Virus record (IMG/VR): IMGVR_UViG_3300025867_000005
Strand: one strand, 5' to 3'
Source of the DNA: a virus
Taxonomy: Duplodnaviria > Caudoviricetes
DNA: 64,000 nucleotides
Shown: positions 31,459 to 42,895 of the stretch, piece after piece
Position numbering within the stretch: position 1 is the stretch's first letter
Layout: each line of letters starts with the position of its first letter
Position numbers and translations under genes: made by a program
The notes under the pieces: generated by a model
What the model was told of the DNA's origin: nothing
What the model saw: only the letters and a program-made list of their open reading frames with translations
The model's database searches: none

Positions 31459-31980
31459 ATGAATGAACGTGTGTATGATGGATACTTGAAGGTTGATCGT
31501 GTTGATGTTGATTTGGGAGACGGCAAACTTGTCAAGCGGGAAGTGGTCAGGGTCAGGGATGCCGTTGCGGTTCTCTGTTACTGTCCTGGAACTGACAAAT
31601 TCTTGTTCACTAAGCAATTCCGTATTGGGGCCAATGCAGAAACTTTTGAGGTCCCTGCCGGTTGCATTGACAAGGGCGAAAATCCAGTCGATGCCGCTAT
31701 TCGTGAAACGAAAGAAGAGACAGGCCGTGAAGTCTTGTACATCCGTAAAGCCGGGGAATTTTTCCTGAGTCCGGGATATACGACAGAGAAGATGTATCTG
31801 TATATCGCCTGTGTGGGAGAAGACAATCTCGGTCAGCATCTTGATGGTGATGAATTCCTTACGATTGTTGAAATGAGCCCTCGTGATCTGGTCAAGTATA
31901 CATTTAAAGACATCAAGACGCAATACCTTGTCAATAGTTTTGCTTTAAAACAGACACCTTTGATCTCTGAAGAAAATTGA
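31459..31980 (+). CDS. NUDIX hydrolase, ADP-ribose pyrophosphatase-like
   Basis: KQFR, PAGCIDKGENPVDAAIRETKEETG Nudix box, SPG. Confidence 0.88.
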   Translation: MNERVYDGYLKVDRVDVDLGDGKLVKREVVRVRDAVAVLCYCPGTDKFLFTKQFRIGANAETFEVPAGCIDKGENPVDAAIRETKEETGREVLYIRKAGEFFLSPGYTTEKMYLYIACVGEDNLGQHLDGDEFLTIVEMSPRDLVKYTFKDIKTQYLVNSFALKQTPLISEEN

Positions 31981-32249
31981 TTTCACCCTATTGACATCAT
32001 AGGCTCGTTGTGGTATATTGTCTTCATTCAAGAGACCCAAGGGGGTCTTTTAAAGAAATCAGAGGAGACAGATATGAACCCAAACCGAGAGAATGAGAAG
32101 AAAGTGATGCGGCAAGAAATCATGAATGTCATTCGTGCCAATGGCGTTCCTATCACTGGTGATTTGTGGTTTTCTTTGATCTTCCGTACACATTCAGAAC
32201 TCAAAAAGATTTGTAATGAACTTCACATCGTCACGAAAGGTATCTGAAA

Positions 32250-32696
32250 ATGATGACAAAGCCCGTTGTTAAGAATGCCAAGCAGACCGACGTTATTGAA
32301 GTCCTCCCTATCCTTAAGAAGTTCATGAGCCCCGGCCAGCTCTGTGCCGTCGCTGATATGACTCGCGGGGAAGAGGGTCAGTTTTTCCGCAACAAGATGG
32401 TTGAGATGGCGGAAATCTTCAAGATGATGCCCAAGACCTACGAAACTGATGGTGAGGGGAAAAACGCGGTTGCCTACCTCCACTTCTTCAAGAATGATTG
32501 TGATTGGTACATTACCGAGAAGGATGTTGACAGCGACAATGAAGGTCAGATTCAGGCCTTCGGTTTGGCAAAGATTTGGGAAGCCGAACTTGGCTATATC
32601 AACATCAAGGAACTTCAGGCTTGCGGTGTTGAAGTTGACCTGTATTGGACGCCCAAGACCATCGGCGAAATCCGTAAGGAAATCGAAAACAATTAA
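32250..32696 (+). CDS. DUF2958-like phage protein
   Basis: YETDG..AYLHFF..DWYITE..AFGL..AELGY..EL..EVDLYWTPKT. Confidence 0.7.
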   Translation: MMTKPVVKNAKQTDVIEVLPILKKFMSPGQLCAVADMTRGEEGQFFRNKMVEMAEIFKMMPKTYETDGEGKNAVAYLHFFKNDCDWYITEKDVDSDNEGQIQAFGLAKIWEAELGYINIKELQACGVEVDLYWTPKTIGEIRKEIENN

Positions 32697-32913
32697 AGAC
32701 AGAAAGGTTGTTTTATGAAATACCTTCGGCCTAAGACTCGCGGAGAATTGCGGGATGCCCTTAAGAAAGGCATTCCTTGTGAAATCATTGCTAGTAATCA
32801 GGAGATCACCGATATCTGCTTGAAATGGTGGCTGAATTTCAGTGATTATACAGTAGTGGAATCTGAAAATAAAGGATGGTGCCTTTACGTCCCGAAAGAC
32901 ATGGATCAATAAA

Positions 32914-33219
32914 ATGGCTAGGACTATCGTAAAACTAAGAGACTACTACTTCGAATATTCTTCCGTTGTTGATGCTCCCGTAACTTGGGGTATGAAAAAG
33001 AAGGACTTCGAAGCCTACTATAGAGAAGAATACGGAAGGTCTTCTCTTGAAGATTTTCAAGACAGGATGAAAAGGGTTGATAAAAACGGAACATCTTCAG
33101 TGTCGGGTTCTTCTGTCGAAGAAGTTTTGGATGGGAATTGCGCGGGTCCAAACGGGAAAGAATTGACGGTAGAGGAAATTTACAAATTCTATTGCCTTCA
33201 TGAACCTTTTTCTAAATGA
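32914..33219 (+). CDS. conserved phage hypothetical protein
   Basis: EYSSVVDAPVT..GTSS..NCAGPNG. Confidence 0.55.
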   Translation: MARTIVKLRDYYFEYSSVVDAPVTWGMKKKDFEAYYREEYGRSSLEDFQDRMKRVDKNGTSSVSGSSVEEVLDGNCAGPNGKELTVEEIYKFYCLHEPFSK

Positions 33220-33402
33220 AAGGGTGAAAATGACAACTTGGGAAAAATTTAAGTAGTCATTTGAAAAATGTTGGATGGCATTTAGGGACAGGCAAGATGA
33301 ATGCAGGACCTACAAGATTATTGTAGAAAACCGTTAGACTCTATTGACATTCCTGAAATGATATGGTATCTTGCTGTTATCAATTGAAAGGAACAGAAGA
33401 CA

Positions 33403-34110
33403 ATGGCTAAACGTTTTTGGACAGCAGACCCTCATTATGGAAATCCGAACATTTCCCTGTATTGCGGTAGACCTTGGGTAAAACCCTGTCATCTCAATGC
33501 GCAGGGTCAATGGATCAGTCCTGAAGCCGCTCTTGAAGTCGCGGAAGCCAATAACCGCATTCTGTTGAAGAATCACAACAGCCGAGTAAAACAAGAAGAC
33601 ACGACCATCTGTGTCGGGGACTATGCCTGTAAGGGGAATGAAAAGGGTGTCGCCGGTTTCAGAGACAAACCCGCCGATCTCATTTCTAAGCAGAATGGAA
33701 CCTATATTATCATCGAAGGAAACCATGACTTTTGCAATGGCGTTAAAACCGTTGCGGAATTTATGACGGTTTCCATCGGAAGGTATCATGCAGGGGTTCA
33801 GCATATTCCTCTTCTTGACGAGAAAGTCTATAACGATTATATGGCATTGTCTCCGGAAGCAAAGGCGAAATCCGGATTCAAGAACACCATGAGCCAGTCT
33901 ATGCGTGATTTTTGTTTCAGGCATGCCAAGTATTGTCGAGAGAATCTTGACTTCATCATTTGCGGACATGTGCATAACAAATGGCGGGTTAAGAAAATCG
34001 CGGGTATCTGGCATATCAATGTCGGTGTGGATGTCTGCCGCTATATGCCGATTGATGATCAGGAAGTCTTGACCATCTACGAGAAGACGATTCGTGAATA
34101 TGGGAAATAA
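33403..34110 (+). CDS. calcineurin-like metallophosphoesterase
   Basis: TADPHYG, VGDY, EGNHD, CGHVH, INVGVD. Confidence 0.87.
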   Translation: MAKRFWTADPHYGNPNISLYCGRPWVKPCHLNAQGQWISPEAALEVAEANNRILLKNHNSRVKQEDTTICVGDYACKGNEKGVAGFRDKPADLISKQNGTYIIIEGNHDFCNGVKTVAEFMTVSIGRYHAGVQHIPLLDEKVYNDYMALSPEAKAKSGFKNTMSQSMRDFCFRHAKYCRENLDFIICGHVHNKWRVKKIAGIWHINVGVDVCRYMPIDDQEVLTIYEKTIREYGK

Positions 34111-34465
34111 AGAGAAGGTGTCAGGGAGACTTGACACCTTTTCTTTTTTATGGTATCTTGTGTTTATCAAATCGATACGAAAGGGCTTAAACCATGAATA
34201 ACATGACTGAAATCGTTGGAATCTGCGTTCCTGAAATCACTGTTTTTAAAGATGGTGATGAAATCATTATCCTTCACAAGAATCAGGATTCTCTCTTGAA
34301 GTTCACTCTTCCTCCGGATTTTAACCCTATGGCTTCTGAAATCAGCGCGGCGGTAAACCGTGCGTGTTCTGGTTTGGATTGGGACAAGAATTTCGATGAA
34401 GTGTTTAACCATCGTGCGTATCGGGATGCCGTTATGAACATCCCTTCTTATTTGATTGGAGAATA

Positions 34466-35461
34466 ATGAACAAATTCCTAACCGGCAAGATCCCGGAAGA
34501 TATCACGGTCTATCTGAAACCCGCTGAAAAAGTTTCACAGGCTGTCAGTGATGAAGATATTCTTAAAGTCGATGCAGTTCCAGGTTTCGTTTTTGAAACG
34601 GGAAATAAAAAGACAGAAGAGACTGCAAAGTCTTGGGCTTTTGGATATTGTAACGATGATTTTAACAAGGAAAGTTTCGCAAACAGAATTGTTGTAAAGA
34701 AGAATGTCCCTGTCAGTGGCTATCACCTTATCGGTTTGGAAATCCGAAGTGAAGGCGGTAGGGCTTGGAAGGTCTTAGATAGTAACGGGCATCTTTTCGA
34801 TCTTCGTGAAGATGTTTTGTTGGACATCCTTCAATACGCAGGTGTTGAAAACGGCATCATTAAGGCGGATCTAATCTGGGCTGTTGTCGGGTCACAGATG
34901 AAACTTATCAGGGTAGGATCTGAATTGCACAAGAGAATCCTTGCCTACACTGTAGAAAAGGGGAAACAAAGCATTAAAGATCTTGTCATCGGGCACGTTT
35001 ATTCAACGCCTAAAGGTCAAGACAATTATGTCTTTATTGGGAGATACGATGCTGTTGCCTTTTCTAAAGAAAAGGCGATCAAATATCACAAAGGTTTCGT
35101 CTTCTACAAAATCAAAGAATACAGCTATGATGGTTTTTCATACCAAAAAGAAATTGATGAATGTAACTACTTTAAAGTTGTTATTCTGAAGACATACAAT
35201 CTCGTCAAAGATGTCGGAACGGTTATTGTCCCTGACAACTTCTTAGATAGAGTCCGTAAAAACTATTTGGATCGAGATTCTTTAAAAGATTATCCGAGAT
35301 TGCAATTCTTAGGATATGAAAATTACAAGAAACCTAATTATTGGATTTCAGATTCTTCCTTCCTGTTCAATATGGAAGGTTTCACAGACAAACCGATTGA
35401 AGACATTGATGAATGGAACAGGGATTGGTATTCTATCTTGACTTCGCAAAAGAAAGGCTGA
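34466..35461 (+). CDS. conserved phage hypothetical protein
   Basis: 331-aa ORF; RSEGGRAWKV..FDLREDVLLD. Confidence 0.6.
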   Translation: MNKFLTGKIPEDITVYLKPAEKVSQAVSDEDILKVDAVPGFVFETGNKKTEETAKSWAFGYCNDDFNKESFANRIVVKKNVPVSGYHLIGLEIRSEGGRAWKVLDSNGHLFDLREDVLLDILQYAGVENGIIKADLIWAVVGSQMKLIRVGSELHKRILAYTVEKGKQSIKDLVIGHVYSTPKGQDNYVFIGRYDAVAFSKEKAIKYHKGFVFYKIKEYSYDGFSYQKEIDECNYFKVVILKTYNLVKDVGTVIVPDNFLDRVRKNYLDRDSLKDYPRLQFLGYENYKKPNYWISDSSFLFNMEGFTDKPIEDIDEWNRDWYSILTSQKKG

Positions 35462-35464
35462 AAA

Positions 35465-37078
35465 ATGAATTTGCTTAAACAGGTCAAAGACAACGATCAG
35501 GATTTCGAGTGGTATCCGACTACTAATGAAATGATTTCTGTCGTTTCTAAAAAACTCAATGAACTTTATGAATTTAATATGTTTTCCTGCCTTGATGTCG
35601 GTGCAGGTGACGGACGTGTCTTGACCAAAATCAATGAACATTTTATTGAAGGTTACGAAGAGTATGAACGTAGATTTCACGGTATCAGCCAGAAATTCGC
35701 TATCGAAAAGTCGCAGATCCTGTTGCAAAATCTTCCTGAAGACGTGATTGTTTTGGGAACCGAATTCAACAATCAAACCCTGATTGATAAAAATGTTGAT
35801 GTCATCTTTTCCAATCCGCCTTATAGTGAGTATGAAGCATGGGCAAGCCGCATCATTCTTGAATCCAATTGTAAACACATTTTTCTTGTCATCCCTCAAA
35901 GGTGGAAAGACAGCCAAAGAGTCAAGACGGCGCTTGAAAAGCGGAAGTCAGAAGCTGAAGTTCTTTTCAGCGGGGATTTTCAAAATGCTGAACGGCAGGC
36001 AAGGGCTAAGATTGATGTCCTTTATATCGACTTGCAGGGCCGTAGTGGAAAAGAAAGTGTTGACCCGTTTGACATTTGGTTTAATGATAATTTCAAGTTC
36101 TCTGCCCCCGAAGTCACCCCTGAAGTTGCCACCGAAGTTAAAAAAGATGAATTGGTAGGTGGCAGGAATCAGATTGAAGTCATGGTTGAACTCTATTTGA
36201 ACGGGTTGTCGAAGCTGATTGATAATTATCAAAATGTCAGTAAGATCGATCCTGAAATCCTACGGGAAATCGGAGTTAATATCGCCAACGTAAAAACCGC
36301 ATTGAAGGAGAAGGTTCGCGGACTTAAAAAACTATACTGGGAAGAACTCTTTGCAAGACTGGAAACCGTTACCAAGCGTCTGACTTCAAAGACCAGGTAT
36401 GAAATGCTTCAAAAGATGAACCAATATACAGGGATTGATTTTACAACTGAAAACGTCTATGCAATCGTAATGTGGGCTTTGAAAAATGCCAACAAGTATA
36501 TTGATTCTCAGCTCCTTGATGTCTACAAAGACATGACGCGGGAAGAAAATGCCCAAGCATATAAGAGTAATGTACACATGACAAAAGATACTTGGCGGTA
36601 TTGCCGTTCCGGTGATGAAAGTGTTTCGCATTACAGCCTTGATTATCGTATTGTTCTTTGTCATTGGAGCGCCTTGGAAAGCTATAGCCGTCAGCGGCAT
36701 CTTTCCACGCGTACAGCCGGTATGATTAACGACATCTTCACGATCGCCAACAATCTCGGGTTTGATGTCATTAATGACAGTTATGAGCGGGATTGGGAAT
36801 ATGGTCAGCTTGAAACCTTCTACTTCAAAACTGAGAAGAAGGGAACTGATTTTAAGGAAGAAATCTTCTGTACATTCAGAATTTACAAAAACGGGAACAT
36901 TCATATCAAGTTCAATCAGAAATTCATGAAAGCGATGAATATCGAAGCCGGTAGGCTTTTGGGATGGCTTAAATCTTCTAAACAGGCAAGCGAAGAAATG
37001 GGGATTGAAGAAGAAGAAGCCGAATCCCTGTTCCTGACGAATATCCAAATCAAAACAATCCCCTTACTTACGGCGTGA
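35465..37078 (+). CDS. DUF4942-type N6-adenine DNA methyltransferase
   Basis: EWYPT, LDVGAGDG, FSNPPY, C-terminal YKNGNIHIKF. Confidence 0.8.
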   Translation: MNLLKQVKDNDQDFEWYPTTNEMISVVSKKLNELYEFNMFSCLDVGAGDGRVLTKINEHFIEGYEEYERRFHGISQKFAIEKSQILLQNLPEDVIVLGTEFNNQTLIDKNVDVIFSNPPYSEYEAWASRIILESNCKHIFLVIPQRWKDSQRVKTALEKRKSEAEVLFSGDFQNAERQARAKIDVLYIDLQGRSGKESVDPFDIWFNDNFKFSAPEVTPEVATEVKKDELVGGRNQIEVMVELYLNGLSKLIDNYQNVSKIDPEILREIGVNIANVKTALKEKVRGLKKLYWEELFARLETVTKRLTSKTRYEMLQKMNQYTGIDFTTENVYAIVMWALKNANKYIDSQLLDVYKDMTREENAQAYKSNVHMTKDTWRYCRSGDESVSHYSLDYRIVLCHWSALESYSRQRHLSTRTAGMINDIFTIANNLGFDVINDSYERDWEYGQLETFYFKTEKKGTDFKEEIFCTFRIYKNGNIHIKFNQKFMKAMNIEAGRLLGWLKSSKQASEEMGIEEEEAESLFLTNIQIKTIPLLTA

Positions 37079-37363
37079 AATCATGACAACTAAAAAAGTG
37101 GAAGACTTCCTTAAAAGCGTAGAAGCACAGAAAAAAGACAAAGATCTGTTTTTAAGAGATGGGGCATACTGTTGTCAAAAGCTAACTGAACATTATCATG
37201 AAGCCAAGGGCGATCTTATGGTGATGGAACATAGCGGGATGTTTGATGATTCTGAAATTGGAGAAGAAAAGAAACGGATTACCACAGTGGAAGCTGCGCT
37301 TCGATTCTATGGTTCTTCTCTTTAGCTGTTGACGACATGGAATCGGTTTGATATCTTCTTTCT

Positions 37364-37849
37364 ATGAAAAGTTCTCACGCAATCCGAAACCTTACGGAAG
37401 CCTTAAAGCTCCCTCTCGGGCATTATGACAGAATCAATGCCCAGAAAACTGTTTCGAAAATTTATTCAAAAGTCAGGGATAATGAGAAGATTCTGAGGGA
37501 GAAGATGAGGAAAAGTAGGATTCCGATCTACTTCGAGAAACCTGAATATTTCGACATCTGCCAATCCATTTGTCATTCTTTGTTTCTGCCAGGCATAAAG
37601 AAGATCGTCTTTCAGAGTCCAGATGTTGATCCTAGTGCCGGTGGGCACTATATTCTCGGAGAAATTCACATCAAATACTGTAATACTGATGTCTTGACAA
37701 TTCTCCATGAATTGACCCATCATATCGAACGGTGTGAAAAAATGAAAGATGATCACGGTGACATCTTCGTTGAATTCGAAAACCTTGCATTCGAAGCTTT
37801 TATTTCTTGGTATCGCCTTCAGACACTTGACAACAATCCGAGTTTTTGA
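37364..37849 (+). CDS. HExxH zinc metalloprotease-like (SprT-like)
   Basis: TILHELTHH...DHG..F. Confidence 0.6.
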   Translation: MKSSHAIRNLTEALKLPLGHYDRINAQKTVSKIYSKVRDNEKILREKMRKSRIPIYFEKPEYFDICQSICHSLFLPGIKKIVFQSPDVDPSAGGHYILGEIHIKYCNTDVLTILHELTHHIERCEKMKDDHGDIFVEFENLAFEAFISWYRLQTLDNNPSF

Positions 37850-38357
37850 TACTGTATCAGTATTGAAAGAAAGGAAGTGTTGATATGGATAAAATCGTAA
37901 ACGCCATCAACGAAATTCAGAAGATTGATATGCAGGTTCTTTGCAAGGACATTATCGATATCAGTGTCTATAGAAAAAATCCGCAAGAAATGAACATCAT
38001 GAAGATTTCCGAGAAAGTCGGGTTGCCAGTAGAGGACGTTATCCGTATCGTTACGGACCTCGCCGTTTCTGGCTTTGCAAACGGTCTATATGTAGATAAA
38101 TACAAAATGTAAGTATTCCTATTGACAGATTACTGAAGTTTTGATAATGTATCTTCATCGAATCAAGGAAAGGCAGGCGAAACATGAAAAAAGGTTTTCA
38201 GACTTTTCTATCGGCGAAAGACGAAGCTGACAAGATGAAGGATTTGTTTAAAACTCCTTTTAGCGTTTTCTTTGATTGGGCTTGGGACGGCATCAACAAT
38301 TGGCGGATTGCTGTCGGAGATTACAGGACGGCAGAATACACAGCAAAGGATTAAGAC

Positions 38358-38717
38358 ATGAATGTTTCAGATATCAACATCGGTGATTATTTCATTACTT
38401 CGGCCATTCCGGAAAATCGGGCGTTCCGATACGGAATTTTTTGTAAAGCAAAGGAAGACCTTAAGGTGGTTTTCGAACGCTTTACCAACGGAGAAGAATT
38501 TCCACTTTTTGTCAAAGACGGACAAGTGGATATGGGAAACTGGGTAAAGACTTGTCTTAGCGGCGAAGAGAAAGTAAAGGCGGTAATTTGCATTCTTGAT
38601 CGCGGACAAGAGACGGAAGAACAGCTTCGTTGGCAGATTGATTCCGCGACTAATGACATCATTGCCACCAAGAAGGTGACAGACGACGTTTTTAAATCGG
38701 TTATGGTAAGGGAGTAA
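38358..38717 (+). CDS. hypothetical protein
   Basis: AAGGA RBS. Confidence 0.5.
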   Translation: MNVSDINIGDYFITSAIPENRAFRYGIFCKAKEDLKVVFERFTNGEEFPLFVKDGQVDMGNWVKTCLSGEEKVKAVICILDRGQETEEQLRWQIDSATNDIIATKKVTDDVFKSVMVRE

Positions 38718-38718
38718 T

Positions 38719-38991
38719 ATGAAAAAGATCATGTTTTTGGTTGCCCTGTTGGCGGTATTCGTCCTTTCAGGTTGTATTGAAAGAAAGATTGTACAGGTTG
38801 TCGATAAAGATGGCAAAGTGATAGAAGAGTATGATCGACCATTTCCCTCTATGCATCTTAATCCAAAATGTGTATCATTTGTTGAAGGATGTGAATACTT
38901 TATCGTGTATGCTGATGCTTCACGCACTTATGTTCACAAGGGAAATTGCAAGAATCCCATTCATATCCACAACGGCGGGAATCACGAGTAA
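38719..38991 (+). CDS. putative lipoprotein
   Basis: MKK plus hydrophobic core plus LSGC lipobox. Confidence 0.65.
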   Translation: MKKIMFLVALLAVFVLSGCIERKIVQVVDKDGKVIEEYDRPFPSMHLNPKCVSFVEGCEYFIVYADASRTYVHKGNCKNPIHIHNGGNHE

Positions 38992-39807
38992 GAAAGGAAT
39001 ACTACAATGCTAGAAATCAAGTTTAATGGAAAGTTGGAATCGGTGCGGTCAGTCAAGGATGTGAACATGTTTCCATGTCTTGGTAAGTATAAAAAAGAAA
39101 AAGTTATTGTAGCGTTTTTCAACAGTACATGCGGAATTGTTGTTAGCAGTGATGATCCAGATAATAAACCGGGAGAGTTTTACACGAATTGGAGTCCAGA
39201 AAGCTTCATCTATATAAATTCTGGTGCATCAGTTAGTTTCACGGTTACAAACAAGTAAGGAACAAAAATGAAAATTGAAGACTTACAGAATGTAGATCGG
39301 GATGTATTGATCAGCCGCATTATTGAACTGGAATGCGCTATCAAGTGGCTTGTGAATGACAGGATGAAAAATTTTGATGACAGACAGTACGGCAAAGGCA
39401 ACATGCGGAATATCCTAGAAAACGGCAGCCTTCCGGTAATTGAAGTGGAGAATGTTTAAAAATGAAAAACGCATTTTCCTTATTGTTTGTCGGATGCGCT
39501 ATAATGCTGTTCAGTCTGGCATTAGGAATCTGTGGAGTTACAGTCTTTAGGCTTTTTATGTCTTCTAATTCCGTTACCCCTTCACAGTGGACACAGACAC
39601 TTGAAACATTGGAACGAAGCAGCAACGGAAAAACCAGTTGTGATGTCAAATGGGAAGATAAGAAGATGACCCTTACTTTTCACTTCAATGACATTACCAA
39701 TTCCTTCTTTCGAAACTGAAATTTATGAGAGTAAAACTGTAAATGATGTTTTTGTCGTCGAAGTGTAGGGTGATGATATTGTTACCAAGAGGGTGCTTTT
39801 CAACTAA

Positions 39808-40122
39808 ATGAAAGCTTACAAACTCATAAGAATCAGGGAAAATGGAAGTTTAGGTCCTCTGTTTATCAACAGGAAACAGGTAATCGAATTCGGGAAATGG
39901 ATACCTTCCAAATGCATACCCACAAAAGGATTCGCTGTAAGACCGGGTTGGCACTGTACATCTAAACCCTGTGCCCCTCATCTTAAAACAACCCTGTCTA
40001 ACGGTGAACAGCGGGTTTGGTGTCGGGTTGAAATCAAAGGCGTGACGGAAATCAAAAGACCTATCAGCCAAGGCGGGATCTGGTATCTTGCTAAAGAGAT
40101 CAAGTTCTTGAATTTACTGTAA
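39808..40122 (+). CDS. conserved phage hypothetical protein
   Basis: PTKGFAVRPGWHC..P.APHL..QGG.WYLA. Confidence 0.6.
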   Translation: MKAYKLIRIRENGSLGPLFINRKQVIEFGKWIPSKCIPTKGFAVRPGWHCTSKPCAPHLKTTLSNGEQRVWCRVEIKGVTEIKRPISQGGIWYLAKEIKFLNLL

Positions 40123-40146
40123 GGTTTCCTGAAAAATAAAAAACGG

Positions 40147-40763
40147 TTGTCTATATCCGGACTGTACGCAAGTATAGGGTTCGGCTATTGCCTTGATAAC
40201 ATAATGGCTAGTGTAACCTCTGGACATCGTAAAACCTCTTTAAACAGGGTCTAGGCGAGCCACAGGCGAAGGTCCGGAGCAAGACAGTGGATAACACCCC
40301 CTTGCTTAAAGATTGACAGAAACGTATTTCTGAGGCTATGCGATCCTTGTGAGAGAACACAGGGAACTAAAAAGGCTTGAGAAGTACGGAATTGCCCGCG
40401 ACGGTAGATTTGAGACACTTCTATCGTGGGGATCTGTCGGGACTATTTCCAGGCCACTTAAGTCAGCTAAGTCTAGGCGCGAACGGGGTTTCGCCGGAGG
40501 ACGAGGGAAATAGGGAATACAGTGAAATTCTGTATTCAGCTTGTGACACGACGGAACTGAGTAGACCTCTGCATCCTGGCTTTATTTTCGGGATAAATAC
40601 CTGAACTAGCGTAGGACATTGTTGAAAACCTTCCCCTAAGCTTATACGAATTAGGTATCAAGCATGTGTCGGTTTTCAGAAGATATCAGTATTTTCTGAA
40701 TACAGGAGAATATGGTTTCATTCTTTATCTTTACTTTGGATAAGGGGTGGAACCGTGTTCTCC
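40147..40763 (+). ncRNA. candidate large structured ncRNA (family unassigned; strand inferred from G-U pairs and GNRA loop)
   Basis: ~620-nt gap with nested helices: TCCGGAC/GTCCGGA, CTGTAC-GCAA-GTATAG, CTATTTCC/GGAAATAG, GAATACAG/CTGTATTC, long G-U hairpin at 40705-40763. Confidence 0.55.
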
Positions 40764-40971
40764 AACCTGTCCTTGCTTGCCGAATGTCAATATCAGACTG
40801 GGAAATGATGATTCTCTTCCTTTTCCTTTCGGCAATATGTTTCCTTTTTCTTTCTTTTGGGTATTGGTTTTAAAGCCTTCTCCATATATCCAAGATACAT
40901 TCTTTAAGAATAGGATTGGAAAATAAGAAATGGAAAAGATATAAAACATATACACAGGAAGGAGGAAAAGG

Positions 40972-41364
40972 ATGATAGAAGAATATGTAATCGGGAAAAT
41001 ATTAGAAATCAGAGAGAAAGAAGAAAACACATCTAGAAGCATTGTCAGTATTTGTGTCGAAGGAAGAACAGAGACTTCGGAACATTTTAAAGAATATGCC
41101 AAGATGTTCAAATCAGGAGACGAAGTTATTTGTGTTTGGAGACCTGAATTCAAAAAGATTACGAATATGTGGTTTCCTAATTTATGGACAAAGATAGCCA
41201 AACAGATAGAGCCATATCCAACCGTCTTGTTAAAGACAACAAGTAAAAAAGGGAAAACATATTGGAGAAAAGCAAGGGTAGATTTATTAGAAAAGAAGAA
41301 ACAAAAGAAAACCATTGAAAACCCTTCGATTGTAAAATCAGGGAAAAACTTGATAATGTATTGA
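40972..41364 (+). CDS. hypothetical protein
   Basis: AGGAGG RBS. Confidence 0.5.
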   Translation: MIEEYVIGKILEIREKEENTSRSIVSICVEGRTETSEHFKEYAKMFKSGDEVICVWRPEFKKITNMWFPNLWTKIAKQIEPYPTVLLKTTSKKGKTYWRKARVDLLEKKKQKKTIENPSIVKSGKNLIMY

Positions 41365-41423
41365 AATCCCTATTTACAGAAAACCGCAAATCTGTTATTT
41401 TATAAAAAAGGAAGCAAAAGGAA

Positions 41424-41753
41424 ATGATTGAAAACGAACTGAAGATTCTTAGACACAGCTTGGGAACGGATTGGGAAGGGGATCTTACTTGGCATAGGAA
41501 TTATTTTGATCCCGGCGGAGAAGACATCAAAATTTGTGAAAGCCTTCTTGCTAGAGGATTGATGACAAAGGCAAAGACGGCCTTTATCGGGAATAATTTG
41601 TATTATGTGACAGAAGCTGGAAAACAGTTTGTCAGGGAAAATATCATCCAGAAACCTAAGTTGTCTCGAAGCAAGGAACGGTATCGGAAATATCTTCAGG
41701 AAGACAGTTGTTTGGATTTTGGAGAATGGTTAAAGAAAGGTCGGTATAAGTGA
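41424..41753 (+). CDS. conserved phage hypothetical protein
   Basis: ILRHSLG..HRNYF..YYVTEAG..RY..YL..FGEWL. Confidence 0.6.
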   Translation: MIENELKILRHSLGTDWEGDLTWHRNYFDPGGEDIKICESLLARGLMTKAKTAFIGNNLYYVTEAGKQFVRENIIQKPKLSRSKERYRKYLQEDSCLDFGEWLKKGRYK

Positions 41754-42811
41754 AATTTTTCATCTACGGTGGAACGATTGACGGAGAACACAGCAGGACT
41801 TCGGGTATTGTCAACAAAATCAAAACCTGTTTGTTGGATTACGGAGGCGGAATGTCGATGAACGGACATCCATTGGATACACCGTCATTGGTACAGGATT
41901 TATACAATTCAAACCGGTGGATAGACACTATGATTTGGATGCCGGATATCAGGAACGAAGAACCAAAACATTATCCTATCAAGAAGGTAGGGGATGTTTT
42001 GATTTGTTCCAAAGTTATGCGGGAAGGCTATACCCGATTGGATGCCGTCAGCCGTATTTTTAAAATGCAGGGTAATGCCGTCATCTGCATTTACAAAGAC
42101 GAAACTCCTTTCCGTTTCGAGTTGATAGATGCTCTCGGGAATATTTGGTGTTCGACCACCGAAATCAGCGTTCTGTGCAAGGCTATCAATGACCTATACA
42201 AACAGACGCGGGAAAGTGTACGACTCGGCTCAGTGCACGTCAATAGGCTTGACGGTTATCCTAGAGACAGAGACAGCATTCGGTATCTGATTCGTGCGAA
42301 TCAAGCTTTGAAAGACAAAATCATGGAAAGCTGCGGAAACCGGTTTTTCGGAAATATAAGCACAAGATGTCAGAACCTATTCCCGAGTTGTTCCGGTACC
42401 GGCGTTGTTTTTGTCAGTCCGAGGAATTGTGACAAAACCGGCTTGACGGCTGAAGATATGGTTCCCTGTTATCTTGAAGACAGTTTGGTTTGTTACGGTG
42501 GACAGATGAAACCGAGTGTCGATACTCCGATACAGATTGCCCTGTATAACCAATTGCCTGGAATCAAATACATGATTCATGGACATGCATTTCTAAAACC
42601 AGGCAGTTATTCTTTTGATGTTTCAGAGACAAATGAATACCGGTTTTGCGGGGACTACAGGGAAAAAGATTTGATTTTGAAAGTAATACCAGAAGGATCG
42701 GAATACGGTGTCGTAAATTTAAAAAATCACGGATTCCTTATCTATTCTTCGAATGAAGACCAACTGAAAGAAATCTTAACTTCTTCAGACTGGGAAATGA
42801 AAAGATGGTAG
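41750..42811 (+). CDS. protein with C-terminal class II aldolase/adducin domain
   Basis: GNISTR, KPSVDT, IHGHA, LKNHG. Confidence 0.75.
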   Translation: MKFFIYGGTIDGEHSRTSGIVNKIKTCLLDYGGGMSMNGHPLDTPSLVQDLYNSNRWIDTMIWMPDIRNEEPKHYPIKKVGDVLICSKVMREGYTRLDAVSRIFKMQGNAVICIYKDETPFRFELIDALGNIWCSTTEISVLCKAINDLYKQTRESVRLGSVHVNRLDGYPRDRDSIRYLIRANQALKDKIMESCGNRFFGNISTRCQNLFPSCSGTGVVFVSPRNCDKTGLTAEDMVPCYLEDSLVCYGGQMKPSVDTPIQIALYNQLPGIKYMIHGHAFLKPGSYSFDVSETNEYRFCGDYREKDLILKVIPEGSEYGVVNLKNHGFLIYSSNEDQLKEILTSSDWEMKRW

Positions 42812-42895
42812 AAGAAAAACAAGAAGAAATTGTCGAAATCATACGTGGATTACCGAAGGATGCTAAGTTACACGTCTTCAACAAGGAGAAAGAAA

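Noticed and set aside
17254-37048. Long minus-strand ORFs (17254-18021, 19236-20150, 21385-22146, 32223-32909, 33334-34170, 36386-37048)
   Set aside because: Antisense shadows of well-supported + strand genes.
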